A stretch of 64,000 nt of DNA from Eledone cirrhosa. Its lineage: Eukaryota. The notes beneath the pieces were generated by a model. The model saw only the letters and a program-made list of their open reading frames with translations. It had not been told where the DNA came from and searched no databases. Below are positions 50,525 through 64,000 of this stretch, in pieces (position 1 is the stretch's first letter; each line of letters opens with the position of its first letter). The translations under genes were made by a program, and so were the position numbers. The DNA lies in the NCBI GenBank assembly GCA_964016885.1, contig OZ024741.1, positions 61,628,001 through 61,692,000 of the forward strand, written 5' to 3'.

Positions 50525-50915
50525 CTGTGCAAGGGTGAGGTTTACTGGATAATGTTGCTGGTATACTTGATAATGCTTTTCTCTGCCCTCTTGCTTCTTG
50601 CAGCCTTGGAATGCAACCAAACTTGAAGTTCCTGATCCCATTATGACACAGACATCTCCCATCCTTCCGTTCCAAGGCCACTTGCTCAAATGTCTCACAA
50701 GGTCTATTGGTTACTGAAAGATCACTCTTCAGCTTGTCTTTGTACCTGAGCCATAGCCCCTCCAACATTTCTATATCAACTATCAAGGTGGCTGTACATG
50801 AGGACTTTTGGTTTTCTTTTGTCACTCATTCTGATAACATAACCAGCCCAGTGTAGTTGTGATTTCATGAGAAAGGTCTCAATATCTCCAATTTTGCACT
50901 TAGTGAAGAGGTCAG
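50524..50915 (-). mobile_element. RTE/BovB-like 3' fragment
   Basis: KSQLHWAGYVIRM..RYKDKLKSDL..FEQVALER. Confidence 0.75.
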
Positions 50916-50934
50916 CTTTAGATATTTTGTCTTT

Positions 50935-50965
<31 letters not shown>

Positions 50966-51341
50966 CAGGGGCGAAGGGTCCGTGCATGCAACGCATGCAG
51001 TGCATGCGTTATAGAATCTTGAGTTGATCAATTGCGTCGGTTGAAACAAGCAGAATTTTGGCTGCTTACTAAAATGTATAGACACAAAAAAGATAACACA
51101 CACACACACACATACACACAAACACATACACACAAACACACGACAGCTTTGGGGCAAGCAGAATTTTGACTGCTTACTAAATCGTAGACACATAAAAAGA
51201 TAACACACACACACACACATACTAGATAACACTACATGCAGCTTTGACCGGGAAGGTCATTTAGAGGGAATTGGGGGGGCCCCACTTTCCGCCATGGCGA
51301 TTGACTGCATGCCCTGCTTTCCAGGTTACCCTTTGCCACTA
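50966..51341. mobile_element. MITE with hAT-like termini and an internal direct duplication
   Basis: caggggcgaaggg / ccctttgccact degenerate TIRs in (TA)n. caagcagaattttg.ctgcttactaaa occurs twice. Confidence 0.55.
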
Positions 51342-51441
51342 ATATATATATATGTATATATATATATATAACATGGGTAGAACAGTGAATTACTGGTGCT
51401 GGTACCAAATCAAGAACTCTATGCACAGGCAGGAGTGTATA

Positions 51442-51709
51442 TAATAGAAAAAAATGAGGAAGTTTTGTTTACATATGAAAAATATATATTATGTATCAAC
51501 CTGCTACGTGTGTTTTGCAGAGGATTAGCTCAAGGGAACTCATAGGAGTTATAAACAGAACTCCAGTATCGATCTGCTCGTCAGACTGGTGATGGTCCAT
51601 AACTCCTATCGGTTCCCTTGAGCCAATCCTCTGCAAAACGTACATAGCAGGTAGATACACAATACATATCTTTCATATGAAAACAAAACTTAATCGTTTT
51701 TTTCTATTA
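51442..51709. repeat. Diverged inverted repeat (~110-bp arms, 46-nt spacer) with decayed hammerhead
   Basis: Arms at 51442-51552 and 51599-51709. Minus strand reads CTGACGA-GCAGA...TCTGC-aAAA-cacacg-TA-gcagg. Confidence 0.88.
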
Positions 51710-52242
51710 GATATATATATATATCCAATCCAATTTGGGGCCTTTTTTTCTCCTGATGGAGGAAGCTCTCTCTGATTGACCTCCAGTGCTTTCTGTTTGG
51801 TTTCGGTCATATCAAGAGTATAGCTATACTCACCATGCTAGGCCAATTGTGGGTTAGTGAAGCTATTTAACCCATAGTTGGGGATATACAACAATGTCTT
51901 CAGTTCTTTACAATTGAAGTTCATACCCCACCATGGTCATCTTTGCCTTTGATCTTTCTGGGGTTGATAAAATAAAATATCAGTCAAGCAATGGGATTGA
52001 TTTAATCAACTTTGACCATCCCTCAAATTTACTGGACTTGTGTCTAAATTAGAAATTAATATGTGTGCAGCCAAGAAATTCTTGTTAAACCTTTTGTGTG
52101 TGTGTGCGTGCGTGCGTGCGTGCGTGTGTGTAGAGAGAGATACATATTTATATAAACATATAGAGAGAGAGATACATACTTACATATACATATATAAATA
52201 TACATGTATATAAACATACACACATACATTTATATATATATA

Positions 52243-52286
<44 letters not shown>

Positions 52287-52805
52287 GTTATATGTGTGTA
52301 TGCACACATACATACACACACATATATTTATATGCATGCGTACATACACACATATGCATGCATACATTTGTACATGAATATATATATATATATATTATAT
52401 ATATATACACACACACATCTGAGACTTCAAAAGAGTAGTTACTTTTCATATTAAGAAATAACATAACTAAAGTAACCCCAGAAGCTAATGGCAGTGGAAA
52501 CAGGGATCTTATGTCTTCTATGAAATATAACAACAGTCCGAAAAGGAAAACTCCAACCATTTATTTCAAAGAAAACCCTTACCTTTTTATTTCCCTCTCC
52601 CAAACAAATAAAAAGAATCTTCCTTTAAGTAGTTCCCATTTTCCGATCCCCCCACCCACTTTAAGATGAAGTTCTTTTGTTATGTGTTATTTGTTAGAAA
52701 TATAAGAAATATGAATCGAATACATCAGTGAGACTAAAAATTTGTTTTTTTTCAGAGTATCTTGTATGCTTCTTATATATAAAGAACGGTTGTTAGAAAA
52801 GGACA

Positions 52806-52839
<34 letters not shown>

Positions 52840-54569
52840 ACACACATATGTACATGCATCACACTTACATAAACATGCATACTCACTCATATGTACATGC
52901 ACACACACACATAAACATGTATATACACACACACACATATGTACAAGCAGAGACACACACATAAACATATATATACAGACACCCACACACTCACACACAT
53001 ATGTACATGCACACAGACACACACAAATGCACACATTTCCAACATATATATATATAGTCCTGCACATCCCTCCATATGTACACATATATGCAGTCACAAT
53101 GTACACATATGTACATACATTTCCTTGCACACACAGCAACATTAGTGACAGCACCAATCAATGAAACACAGCCACCCTCCATCAACAACAAACCAATAAT
53201 AAATAAATAAGCTGATAAAGCATAATAACAAGATGAACACAAAGTATTTTTGGCATATATCATCGTTTAACGTGTATCTTCCCCGCTAGCATGGGTTACA
53301 TGGAAATTGTCCCACTTGAGGCAGGATTGATTCGGTAACTGTGTCTTGCTCGTATAGGACTGTATCTGGCTGGTTTCCTACGGCTGGATGCCCTTCCTAA
53401 CACCAACCACATATACAGTGTGGACTGGGTGCCTTTTTACCATATCTCGTACACGACCACTTTACAGCGTGGACTCAGTGCCTTTTGTCGTAACACCTAC
53501 ACGACCTCTTTAGTGTGGACTGGATATATAGTGTTGTGTGTGTGGTCATGATCATCATGATCATCAGTGTTTTACGTCAATTTTCCGATGCTAGCATGGG
53601 TTAGATGGGTTGTCCTGTTGTGGGCAATGCTAGGTCAGGTGACCCTGTTTTGCACATACAGAACTGATTTTGATTGGTTTCTACAGCTGGGTGCCCTTCC
53701 TAATGCCAACCTCATTTACAGTGAGTACTGGGTGATTTTTGCCGTCTCACCACGACGACCATTTTATAGTGTGGGCTAGGGGCTTCACTGGATATTTAGT
53801 TTGTTTACTTATATATATATATATTTTTTTTTTTTTTCCTCTCTTTACATTGCTTCACTTTTCATGTCTGTTTACGTCTTTTTCTCTCTCTCTCTCCCTT
53901 TTTTTATCCCAATAAAGGCTGATGTATATTGTCTCTAATGCGAAGAAATACCTATGATTCCTAGCAGACAACTGATGATGGATATTACCCTCTTTCGCCC
54001 GTAACTTGTATTTTCATTATACTTAATTGCAACCACACAGCCCGCCATTTTATATATATATGTGTGTATGTGTGTGTGTGTGTAGTAAAATTTGGTAGTT
54101 GTGAAAAAGGAAAACAGTGCTTAATCTGATATGTGAGCTGATATATTGTATTATTTATTTATCTTCATACACAAAACAAAAGCACTACCTAAGGTTTCAA
54201 GGTCAAATTATGACCATGTCTCCAGATTGTACAAGTGATCAAATTTGTGACCTAGCCATCAGGCACTTGAATGAATTAGAAGACACTGTTAACAAATATG
54301 TAATATATATATATACACTTGCAAGCAGGGAAAAGCGGACGTAAAATGAAATGAAAATGAAATGAATATATGGTAGGATCCCCAATAGGTGTTGGGAGGT
54401 GATCACAGTTAAAAAAGTTACTTGATACATTGGGAGAATATAGGCATCTTTATATTATATATAGAAACAACTTCTATATTCCTGATTTCACACAAATGAA
54501 ACAGTTCTAGTCTTGTAGTAGCCATTTCTATATATAATATATATACACTCTTATATATATATACAAATG

Positions 54570-55330
54570 CCCCAGTGTTTGTGTTCGGATAAATGGTGCT
54601 AAATTGAAAACATTCAATGTAGGAGTTGTACTCCACCAAGGTATCGTGACTGGTGGGTGGATAGACAGCCGGCTAGAATTTGCAGATGATATAGTGTTAC
54701 TTAACTCAACAGGTGATTTCGAGCTTGCACTTGATAGGTTTGATGCTGAGTGCTGCATTGCTGGAATGAAAATCAGTGCTGTGGAAACTGAGACTCCTGT
54801 TCTGTCAAGGAAGCCTCCGTAATGCACTCTATATGTGAATGGATATCCACAGAAGCAGGTGGAGAAGTTAAAGTATCTCGGGGCTGTGTTCACAAGTGAT
54901 GGCAGGCACAAGACTGAATTAAGTACAAGATTTGTAGGAGCTGGTGCAATAGTGCACCAGCTTCAGCATTTGGTAATTAGAAGGGAGGTGGGCATAAAAG
55001 CCAAACTGGCTATATTCAATTCGATATTCATACCAACCCTTAACTATGGTTATGAATCATGTGTAATAACTGAAAGAAAACGATCGCGAATACAGGCGGC
55101 CGAAATGGGATTCCCCTGATGGGTCTTTGGAGTAATGTTACTCAGTAGTGTGTAGCTAGGTGATCAGTGAGTCACTCCAGGTAGAGCTGCTACTTCTCTG
55201 AATTGAGAGATCACAGCACCATTACTATGGGTTAGTGGTTAGAATGTCTCAGGAAAGAATCACTGGAAAGATTTTACAAGCAAAACCAACTGGCAGGAGA
55301 CCAGTCGCCATGAGAAGATGGCTCAGAAAA
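54570..55330 (+). mobile_element. RTE-clade (Rex3/Expander-like) LINE fragment
   Basis: FADDIVLL, AGMKIS, QVEKLKYLG..FTSDG, FIPTLNYGYESC, RIQAAEM. Same family as 29980-30812. Confidence 0.9.
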
Positions 55331-55697
55331 TCAAGTTAGCTTGACATGCTCACTGACATTCAGAGCTGACACAGCACTCAGTGGTCCTGTGGGAGCACCT
55401 AGATGGATACACTGTAAGAAGGAGACCAAGGATGACATATGTTGATGTTCTAAGGAGAGACACTGGTCTCCGAGGCAATCTGGACATAATGGCAATGATG
55501 AAGAACCGGGACTGCTGGACATTTGGAATTTTACCTGACCTATATATATATATATATACACATATATATATATACATGTATATATATATATATATAAACA
55601 CATAAATATACATATATTTGCATACACACACACATATATACATATTTTTTCATATATGCATGCATATATATATATTCATATATGCATGCATATATAT

Positions 55698-57170
55698 AAT
55701 TACTACTCCTCTATCTCGCCCATAGTCCTGAACAAGGCACTCATATTCGCGATGAATAGGACAGACCTAACACGTGACGAGGTCTGAATCATACACGCCG
55801 CCAGAAAGACCCTGATCCGATTCGGTGGGGACATATGGACCCGGAGCGACTGGCCAAATAATTTTGATATTACAATGGGCCCCAGTGACTCCGCGCAGCT
55901 AATGGACTTGGTTGGGATATACATACTCTACGAGATCAGAAGAGAAATACCCAACCTGGGCGGCGGGCAGTACCGAGACGACGCACTCTTCACCGTAGTG
56001 GACCACAGCACCACAATGGTGGAAAATATGAAGAGGAGAATTAGGCACTTCTTTAGGAATGTAGGACTTAAGGTAGAGATGGAACCCAATAGAAAAGTAG
56101 TGAATTTCCTGGACACCACCCATATCATAAACCCAATGAGAAGCTGGTGTATATCAACGCTGAGTCTAATCACCCTAGATCTATAGTTAAGGCCGTAGTT
56201 AAGAGTGTCTCTGACAGGATCTCTAACTTGTCGGCACAACCACGCGATGGTCCACGGCGGACACCCAACAACCCCGCAAGAATAGGACCAGGAAGGTCAC
56301 ATGGTATAACCCTCCATACTCGGTGGGTCTATGTACCAGCCTGGCTAGAACATTCTTTAGAGTACTAGATATAGGTTTCCCTAGGGCCCATAAGTACCAT
56401 AAAATATTCAACAGGCACACGGTGAAACTTTCCTACTCAACCACACGCTCCGTAGCCCTGCACATAGCTGGCATAAATAGGAATAGGCTCACTGCCTCTA
56501 ATACCACCGTAAACCCTGGAGCCACCCAACAGAACCAGCACCCGGGACGCATCGGAACCCGGACAAGCCCAACTAGCACACTGGAACCCAACGACCCTGT
56601 GCTGATTGCGGAGGCTACCCAGCCAGCCCTGAGTGATGCTAACCACGCGGTGAGGCTTAAGAAGTCATGTAATTGCAGAGACCCATCGCTATGCCCCCTT
56701 AGTAAGAATGCATGACCAAAAACGTGGTCTACAGGTGCAAGGTCACAACCCCTAACTCGGAGCACCACTACATAGGATCCACAGCGATGAGCTTCAAAGC
56801 TCGGTGGTATAACCATCGCCATTCCTTTAACAGAATAGATAAGAGGAAATGTACGGCCCTTTCTGAATTGACCTGGAAGCTCAGGCTTGAAAAGACCCCA
56901 CACTCTCTGGTCTGGTTCGTGGTTAGAAAGGTTCCCCCAGACAGAGGTGGGTCTGATATTTGCAATCTCTGTCTTAGACACTCGAGATTCTTCATGGCAG
57001 AACCAAGCTATTAAACAGAAGGGCCGACTTATTCGGTGCCTGCAGACACCTAAGGATGGGAACTTTCCTCAAGCTATATGGATAAACCCCGGTTACGGCC
57101 TCCCACAACGCCCCCCCCCCCCTGTAGGTCCCCTACACTCTGTACCAATGACCAATGGACAACAACAACC
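55698..57170 (+). mobile_element. Naiad-like Penelope element, truncated and frameshifted (RT plus GIY-YIG)
   Basis: YYSSIS, FDITMG..LVGIYIL, YRDDAL, VNFLD, SNHP, WYNPPYS, HKIFNRHTVKLSYS, CNCR..CPL, VVY..YIGST..FKARWYNH, TALS..W and CNLCL motifs. Confidence 0.9.
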
Positions 57171-57173
57171 ACC

Positions 57174-58200
57174 CAATTTACTTTATTTCGAACTACAGTA
57201 GGCAAGTTGATGTGCGGTTTGGCGTTATTCCACCACCTGCAAACAATGACGCTGACAACTTTGACAGGGACGTGCTGCTCAGTCTGCAAAACATGCTTCA
57301 TGAGCACAACAGCTATATTCGCAGTTTTAAATACGCCTTGGAAACAGCTCCTTCACCAAACTTCACCATTGTCATCGATGCTGACAAAAGACCTTCTGGG
57401 GAGCACGCACGCCGTTATAACGCTCCTTCGTGCAATGAAGTGGCTGTAGTTCTCCATGGTGAACAGCACAATAAGCGAGACATAGTTCTTCAAAGCCGTG
57501 ACAGTGATCTTCAACGTATTAATGAAACACATCGTTCCTACGACGCCCTGCAGTATCCCCTTCTTTTTGCATACGGAGAAGACGGGTACCATTTCGGCAT
57601 TCCTCAGTGCAAACCAAACGAGCCCACTGCTGCGACATCTAAAACTGTTTCATGTATGGCTTTGTACTCATACCACTTCATGACGAGGCCTAATGATTTT
57701 AGCCCCCTGCACAGATCACGGGAACTGTTTCACCAGTTTGCCGTTGACATGGCTGCAAAGATGGAGTCGGAGAGACTGTGCTTCATAAAATTGAATCAGA
57801 AGCAGCTGCACTCAGACTCCTACATCCATTTGCGTGACGGCATCAGGAATGACACTGACCCCCGGAACATCGGCAAAATGTGCATTCTACCCTCAACATA
57901 TACAGGGGGGCCACGGTACATGCCCGAGTGATCACAAGACGCTATGACTTTCGTTCGGCATTATGGGCTGATCTATTCAGCACCACTACAGTCTTGCCGG
58001 TCTGACATATGGTAAGTAGATGCTATTGTTGTATATTTTTAAAATTACCTGTACTTACTTTCCCATGCTTAATCCCCCTTTTCCTCCATAGGGCATCTAT
58101 TCTGTTTTCACAAAGCATGAACTTTTGTAACAACACGTTCGCTGCCATTGGTGGAAAATGAAGAGGCCGAGCCCCGAGCAACGCCGGGCACTTCTGCTAG
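57174..58200 (+). mobile_element. Helitron: Rep N-terminal fragment fused to the 3' terminus
   Basis: RRYNAP..EVA, HRSYDALQYPLLF..GEDG, LFHQFAVD..E.ERL and ILPSTYTGGPRYM motifs. 3' hairpin cccgagcaacgccggg followed by CTAG|T at 58197-58201. Confidence 0.92.
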
Positions 58201-59320
58201 TATATATATATTATGGAATATATATTATGGAATACTGTTGGCTTCTTGCTACAATACTTTCTATACCTTTCATTTATATATATATTCATATATATATATG
58301 AATATGTATACACACACAAACACATATATATGTATACACATATTTGCTTACACCTATACATATATATTCATGTATACATATATACATATGTACATACAAG
58401 CATACATATATATATATACTCCACCACATATCACAAGAGAGAAAGTACCATTCTTAGCAGCAGCACAACTATTTTTGGAGAGATTTTTCATTTATCAGAC
58501 TTAACAGAAACAGCTGCATCCTACAGGACTTCATTTTGGGAATATCCATCTTCGTTACTGATAAACAACAAAGAAATGAATTGCCCACATCGATATGGTA
58601 TTTTGACATTATTCCGATGGTTCTTTCTCAAATGAGGTGGCCCCTGTAGATCATGGTTTTATTTTCTAAATGGAGCACAAATTTAGACTAGTGATATTAG
58701 GCTTAACTTTAGTTGTCAAGAAATGGAGCACAGAGGATTGAAATCTATTTAAAAAAAAAAAAAAAACTGACAGGAAACAGATCTTGGCATTTCTCTCTGA
58801 AAAACTTTGATAATATTATTTGGCATTTCTACTAAAGAACAACCATGTAGACAAACTTATAGCTTTGTGTGTATATAGTACAAGTTTGAGATAGTATGAA
58901 GTTGCCGAAAAAAATTTTAACTGCTGCCATTTGTTTTAAAATGATATTTATCTATAAACTTTCCAATATAATTCAATATAAGAACTGTTGTTAAGTTTTG
59001 TTCCATACACCAATTTAATAATGAGAAAATCAGTTATGTTACTCAATACCTTCAAATTCATCACTACTTTCAAAATAATTTGAAAATCATTGGTAGTGTC
59101 TTTCATTAGAAATATCATATCAAAAATGTTAATTTATGATGATGGTGGAAAGAAAAAAGAGACAAACAGTAAAGGAGGAGGAAAATGTAATTAAACCTTT
59201 CATTACCATATTTCTAATGAAAGATACTGTCTATGATATTCAAATGATTTTTTAAATAATCAAGAATTTGAAGTGATTTAGTAATATAACTAACCTTCTC
59301 ATTATTTATTTAGTGTTTGG

Positions 59321-59511
59321 GCAATGGATTGGCAGTATCGGTGAGCATCGGACACCATGCTTTGTAGCATAGAGTTGAAATCCTGCCAAGGTTAGCTTTG
59401 CCTTTCATCGTTACAGGGTCAATAAAATAAAGTACCAGCAAGCACTGGGGTTGATTTAATCGACTTTCCCCTTCCATTCAAATTGCTGGCTTTGTACCTA
59501 AAGTAGAAACA
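59321..59511 (+). mobile_element. Full-length family A SINE with 20-bp TSD inside a piggyBac-type MITE (about 59190-59680)
   Basis: attatttatttagtgtttgg occurs at 59301-59320 and 59512-59531. Confidence 0.88.
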
Positions 59512-60116
59512 ATTATTTATTTAGTGTTTGGAAGGTAACTTAACAAAGGTTCTTACATTTTTTTAATGAGGGCAGGTTTTATATACAAACAGCTCTGTAT
59601 TATAGAACCAAAGGCAGTTTCAGGCATTTTGGTAGTGTAGAACTAGCCAGTTTCTGGCAGTTTAATATCAAATGAGTTAATGAATCTGAATTGAAATAGC
59701 TATCATTTTTTGTGGCTGTCAGAATTCTACTAACCTAAAAATAAAAGAAGACAATTACACAAAGTAGGCTAACAATAACAATTTTGAAGAGTTCTCATAG
59801 CACACAATAATGATACCTTAACGAAATAATGATCAATATGCAGAAACACTAATTTTTTTTTTACTTTTTAATTTTTTTGTTATGAAATTGAAAATAGGGT
59901 AATTTCTGAAAATTTGAATATTCACTGTAATTCCTTGAAAAAAAATCATTATTTCAATTTAGTGCAAAAAATAATGAGGAAATTAGATAAAAATTGTAAT
60001 GAAATTTTTGACAAGTAAATTAAAGAAAAGCTTATTGTTCTATCTAATACAAGGGTTCTTAGATAGTGGGTTGCAACATGTAGTTGGGTGCATTGTGAAA
60101 ATGGTGAAATTATCTA

Positions 60117-60252
60117 AATAGTTTTAACATGTTAATGAATTCATCCAGGCTTAGGTATGATGAGTCTCTGATAATTATAATAATTTTAACATGTTAGTGA
60201 ATTCATCCAGGCTTAGGTATTATGAGTCTCTGATAATTTTAATAGTTTTAAT
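60117..60252. repeat. 62-bp tandem duplication
   Basis: Units start at 60117, 60179 and (partial) 60241. Confidence 0.9.
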
Positions 60253-62084
60253 ATGATGGACTTTAACTTTGAAATATCAAAAATATAAGGTAAAAGTATA
60301 AATTGTGTTGTTTGATTTTTTGGTTGTTTCTTAGCTTATTTCATTCTTGTTTTAATTTTTGTACTTCTAATTAGCATTGCACTGGCATGTCCCAAATTAA
60401 TGCTGAAATTATATTAAAAACAAAAAAAGATATTCTGTATCTCAGTTTTTAGAATAGATGCACTGTATCACTGTGTGTTGTATGAGACAACTAAAAGGGT
60501 TTGTGTTAGCATGGGGGTGTTTGGCCATAAAACAATGCTTCCTTAAAAAAGGCTCATTGGTGTAAAATTATAATATATGTACCACACCACATACACAAAA
60601 CAAAACTAAGAAGATGCCCAACATCATCATCATCATCTTCGTTTAACGTCCATCTTCCATGCTAGCATGGGTTATATCCTTTTTAGAGAACATAAACTAC
60701 AATAACCTATCACACTCAACAACAAAAATATATCATATACCAAAGACGGTCAATTGAGAGTCTTCATTTCAACCAGTGGACTGAAGTAATATTGAACTTT
60801 ATGCTTTACTCAGTAGGCAGGGTGTAAATCAGTCAATTATAGTGACACAAACATTAGAATAATATATTTCCACCGAGTTAGTAAGTACTTGGAGAAATAC
60901 TGGATGTATTCACATAATTTTTCATATTGTCTGTTTATATCATAGCAATATGGGTGTAAAAACTACATAGAGAGAAGCCAGGAGAACGGTGTTGATTAGA
61001 GGTGTGCTATTTACCAGCTGCTCACTTCACTCACCCACCCTGGCACTATTTACTCTCTCCTGTCCAAATTACAGAGAACACAATTATATATTATAAGTTG
61101 AAGGCATGTGTGTGTGTGCGTGCATGCACATGCACATTTGTGTGTGTGTGCACATGCACATAAGTCAGTTCTCTAATGTACACATATCACCACCCCCACC
61201 TTCACCGACAAAATAAAACAACCTTCCTACATTTGGTGATTTTGTGTCACTTGATGACACTTATATTTTAACATATATAACACCAACTTCCTCCTACTTC
61301 ACCCCATCCAGACAGTGGATGGGGTGAAGTAGGCTGGGGTATATGAGGTGACATACTAACTCTTTCAAGTTACCATATTTCTAATGAAAGCCATTGCTTA
61401 TAATTTTGAAAATAATCAAGAATTTGATTAGGTTTAGTTTAATTAATTTTCTCCTTATTTAGCTGGTGTTTGGAATATAACTTAATTGTTCTTACATAAA
61501 TTATAATGGAAGGTTTGTAGATAAACAGATTTGTATTGTAAAAAGAGGGTCGTTTTCAGCTGGTTTGGTCTGTGTAACTTTAAGCCGAAACTTTTAGTGT
61601 CAACAATTTCAAAATGATGTACTGACATTGAAGTTAAAACTGAGTATATGTTCTGTATTTTGATATGGGACAATCACATCACATCAACTTTGACATCTAG
61701 GATAGAAATAAAGACTAAACTAGTACCTAATGCACTGCCTTAACATTTAAAAACCCCTTTAACTGCAACTGTTTTCAATTTCATTTCCTGTATCATCATT
61801 GTCATTATGTAAAGAACATAAACAAATATCCACAATGTCGAATGTGAAGCTAAAAACGAAAAGACAAACACACACGCACGCGCACGCACGCACACACACA
61901 TCATCATCATCACCATAAAGAACATCACCTCTATGATCATTATCATAAAGAACATCACTTCTATGATCATCATCATAACTGTCATTCATAATCATCATCA
62001 TCCCATAACTGTCATTGTCATCATTACCTTTATCATCATCTCTATCATTGACATCACCAGCTTTACAATTTTTCCCCCATGTTG

Positions 62085-62307
62085 GTATGGGTTGGTACAG
62101 GGCCAACATGCTTTGCACCATATAGTTATTCTCTTTATGTTCTGAGTTCAAATCCTGCCGAGATTTGCCAAGATTAGCTTTGCCTGTCATCCTTACTGGG
62201 GTCAATAAAATAAAGCACCATATAACACTGGGGTTGATTTAATTGACTTTCCCTCCCCCCATATTGCTGGTCTTGTACCTAAATCAGAAACCATTGTTAT
62301 TGTTGTT

Positions 62308-62359
<52 letters not shown>

Positions 62360-62364
62360 CAGTG

Positions 62365-62432
<68 letters not shown>

Positions 62433-62474
62433 GGTGGTAGTAGTAGAGGCAGTGGTGGTGGTAGTAGTAGTGGC

Positions 62475-62551
<77 letters not shown>

Positions 62552-62560
62552 CAGCAGCAG
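62085..62560 (+). repeat. Family A SINE followed by an expanded (GTA)n/(GTG)n compound microsatellite
   Basis: SINE core at 62140-62295; triplet array at 62308-62560. Confidence 0.88.
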
Positions 62561-63159
62561 CCCCCCCCCCCATAACTGGATAAAACAAACCTTGCAACTA
62601 TGACAAATAAATCAATAATTTGATAAAACAGAAACAACTAAAGCAGAATTTTAGAAACAGCAGCCATTTGGAAGTAATTGAAGCTATCAAGTTATTTGCT
62701 TTTTCTGTTTGTTTATTTGTTTTGTGATGATGTTATTGTTATTATTATTGTTATTATTATCATCATCACCATTGTTATGCAGATAACTGATAACAATCAT
62801 GCATATAACATAAAACAAACTTTAATATCTTTAATATGTTGAGATATGAACAAAGATATTTGAAATTATGCAAAGAATATTGGCAAGCAGTTCTTGATAA
62901 TAATAAGTTGAAAAAAGTGGACGAACAATTAGGAAAGAAAATAAACAAAGAAAGAATTCCTTCATTTATACTTTTACTGGTTTCAGTCATTAGACTGTGA
63001 CCATGGTGCAGCACTGCCTTAAAGGGATCTTTAGTTGATTATATCAACACCAGTACTTCTTTTCAAGTATGGTACTTATTTTATCAATCTCCTTTTGTCA
63101 AACTGCTATGTTATAGAATATAAATATAGACATGGATACACATACGCACACACATGCAT

Positions 63160-63202
<43 letters not shown>

Positions 63203-64000
63203 AGTCCCAGGTTAGCTTTGCCTTTCATCCTTACAGGGTCAATAAAATAAAAGTACCAGTAAGGCACCGTGGTCGATTTAATTGACTTTCCCCTGTCCCC
63301 CCAAATTCTTACCCTTGTAAATCAGAAACTCTCTCTCTCTATATATATATATATAAAAGTTATGTTGGTACTACAACATCCAGTCCAAACTAATGAGATC
63401 ATGTAGGTGTCATGACAAAACAAAACAACACACAGTCCCTGCTGTATGTGGCCATGTAGGTAACACAGTAACAAATTCCCAGTCCACACTGTAAATGTGG
63501 TTGGTGTTAGGAAGGGCATCCAGTCGTAGAAAACCTCTGGATAGTCCTATACGAGCAAGACGCGGTCACCCGACCAATCTTGCCTCAAGTGGGACAACCC
63601 CATCTAACCCATGCTAGCATGCAAGATAGAGACGTTAAATGATGATGATGATGATATATATATATACATATGATAGGCTTCTGTAGATTCCATCTATAAA
63701 ATTTCACTGATAAGTCATTGGTCAACATAAGGTTACAGAAGACACATACCCATGATGCCACAACACAGTAAGACTGAACTCAGAAGCATATGGTTGCAAA
63801 GTGAACTCCTTGATCACACAGCAATGTCTGTGACTAATTATGCAAAAATTAAAATAAAATTTCAAACAATTTCAAAATAATATAGAAAAATGCCAGAATC
63901 TGAAACATCATTTGGTTGTTGTAAGGAATATTTGCATACAAAGTTTCCAATAAATAGCTCAGATAAGATTTGATACACAGATAAAGGATAAACCATAGAT

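Noticed and set aside
56690-56720. TGA near the Cys cluster of the Naiad-like PLE as possible selenocysteine (reported for some Naiads)
   Set aside because: The stop arises from a 1-nt frameshift (tgc atg acc reads C-M-T in the next frame), and the conserved Cys codons are TGY.
60155-60175. ATGATGA..CTGA C/D-box-like motif
   Set aside because: Only 4 nt separate the boxes, there is no guide region, and the C box is mutated in the duplicate.

Overview
AT-rich, microsatellite-dense animal genomic DNA, probably intronic or intergenic. No host protein-coding exon could be called with confidence. The repeat content (tRNA-derived SINEs, RTE LINEs with (GAT)n tails, long (TA)n/(CA)n tracts) is typical of octopus/coleoid cephalopod DNA; this is an inference from memory, not a search result. 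Nearly all informative sequence is transposon-derived: several RTE LINEs (one with an uninterrupted 913-aa ORF), three Penelope-like elements (PLEs), Tx1/L1 3' fragments, two Helitrons, mariner/pogo/piggyBac/hAT-type MITEs and many SINEs. The most striking structure is a set of mostly unrelated fold-back (inverted-repeat) cassettes of roughly 75-450 bp, embedded in or abutting (TA)n tracts. Most carry a complete, partial or decayed minimal hammerhead ribozyme. One of these families is demonstrably the 3' terminus of a GIY-YIG PLE in the same window. All structures were read by eye, and element boundaries are approximate unless stated.
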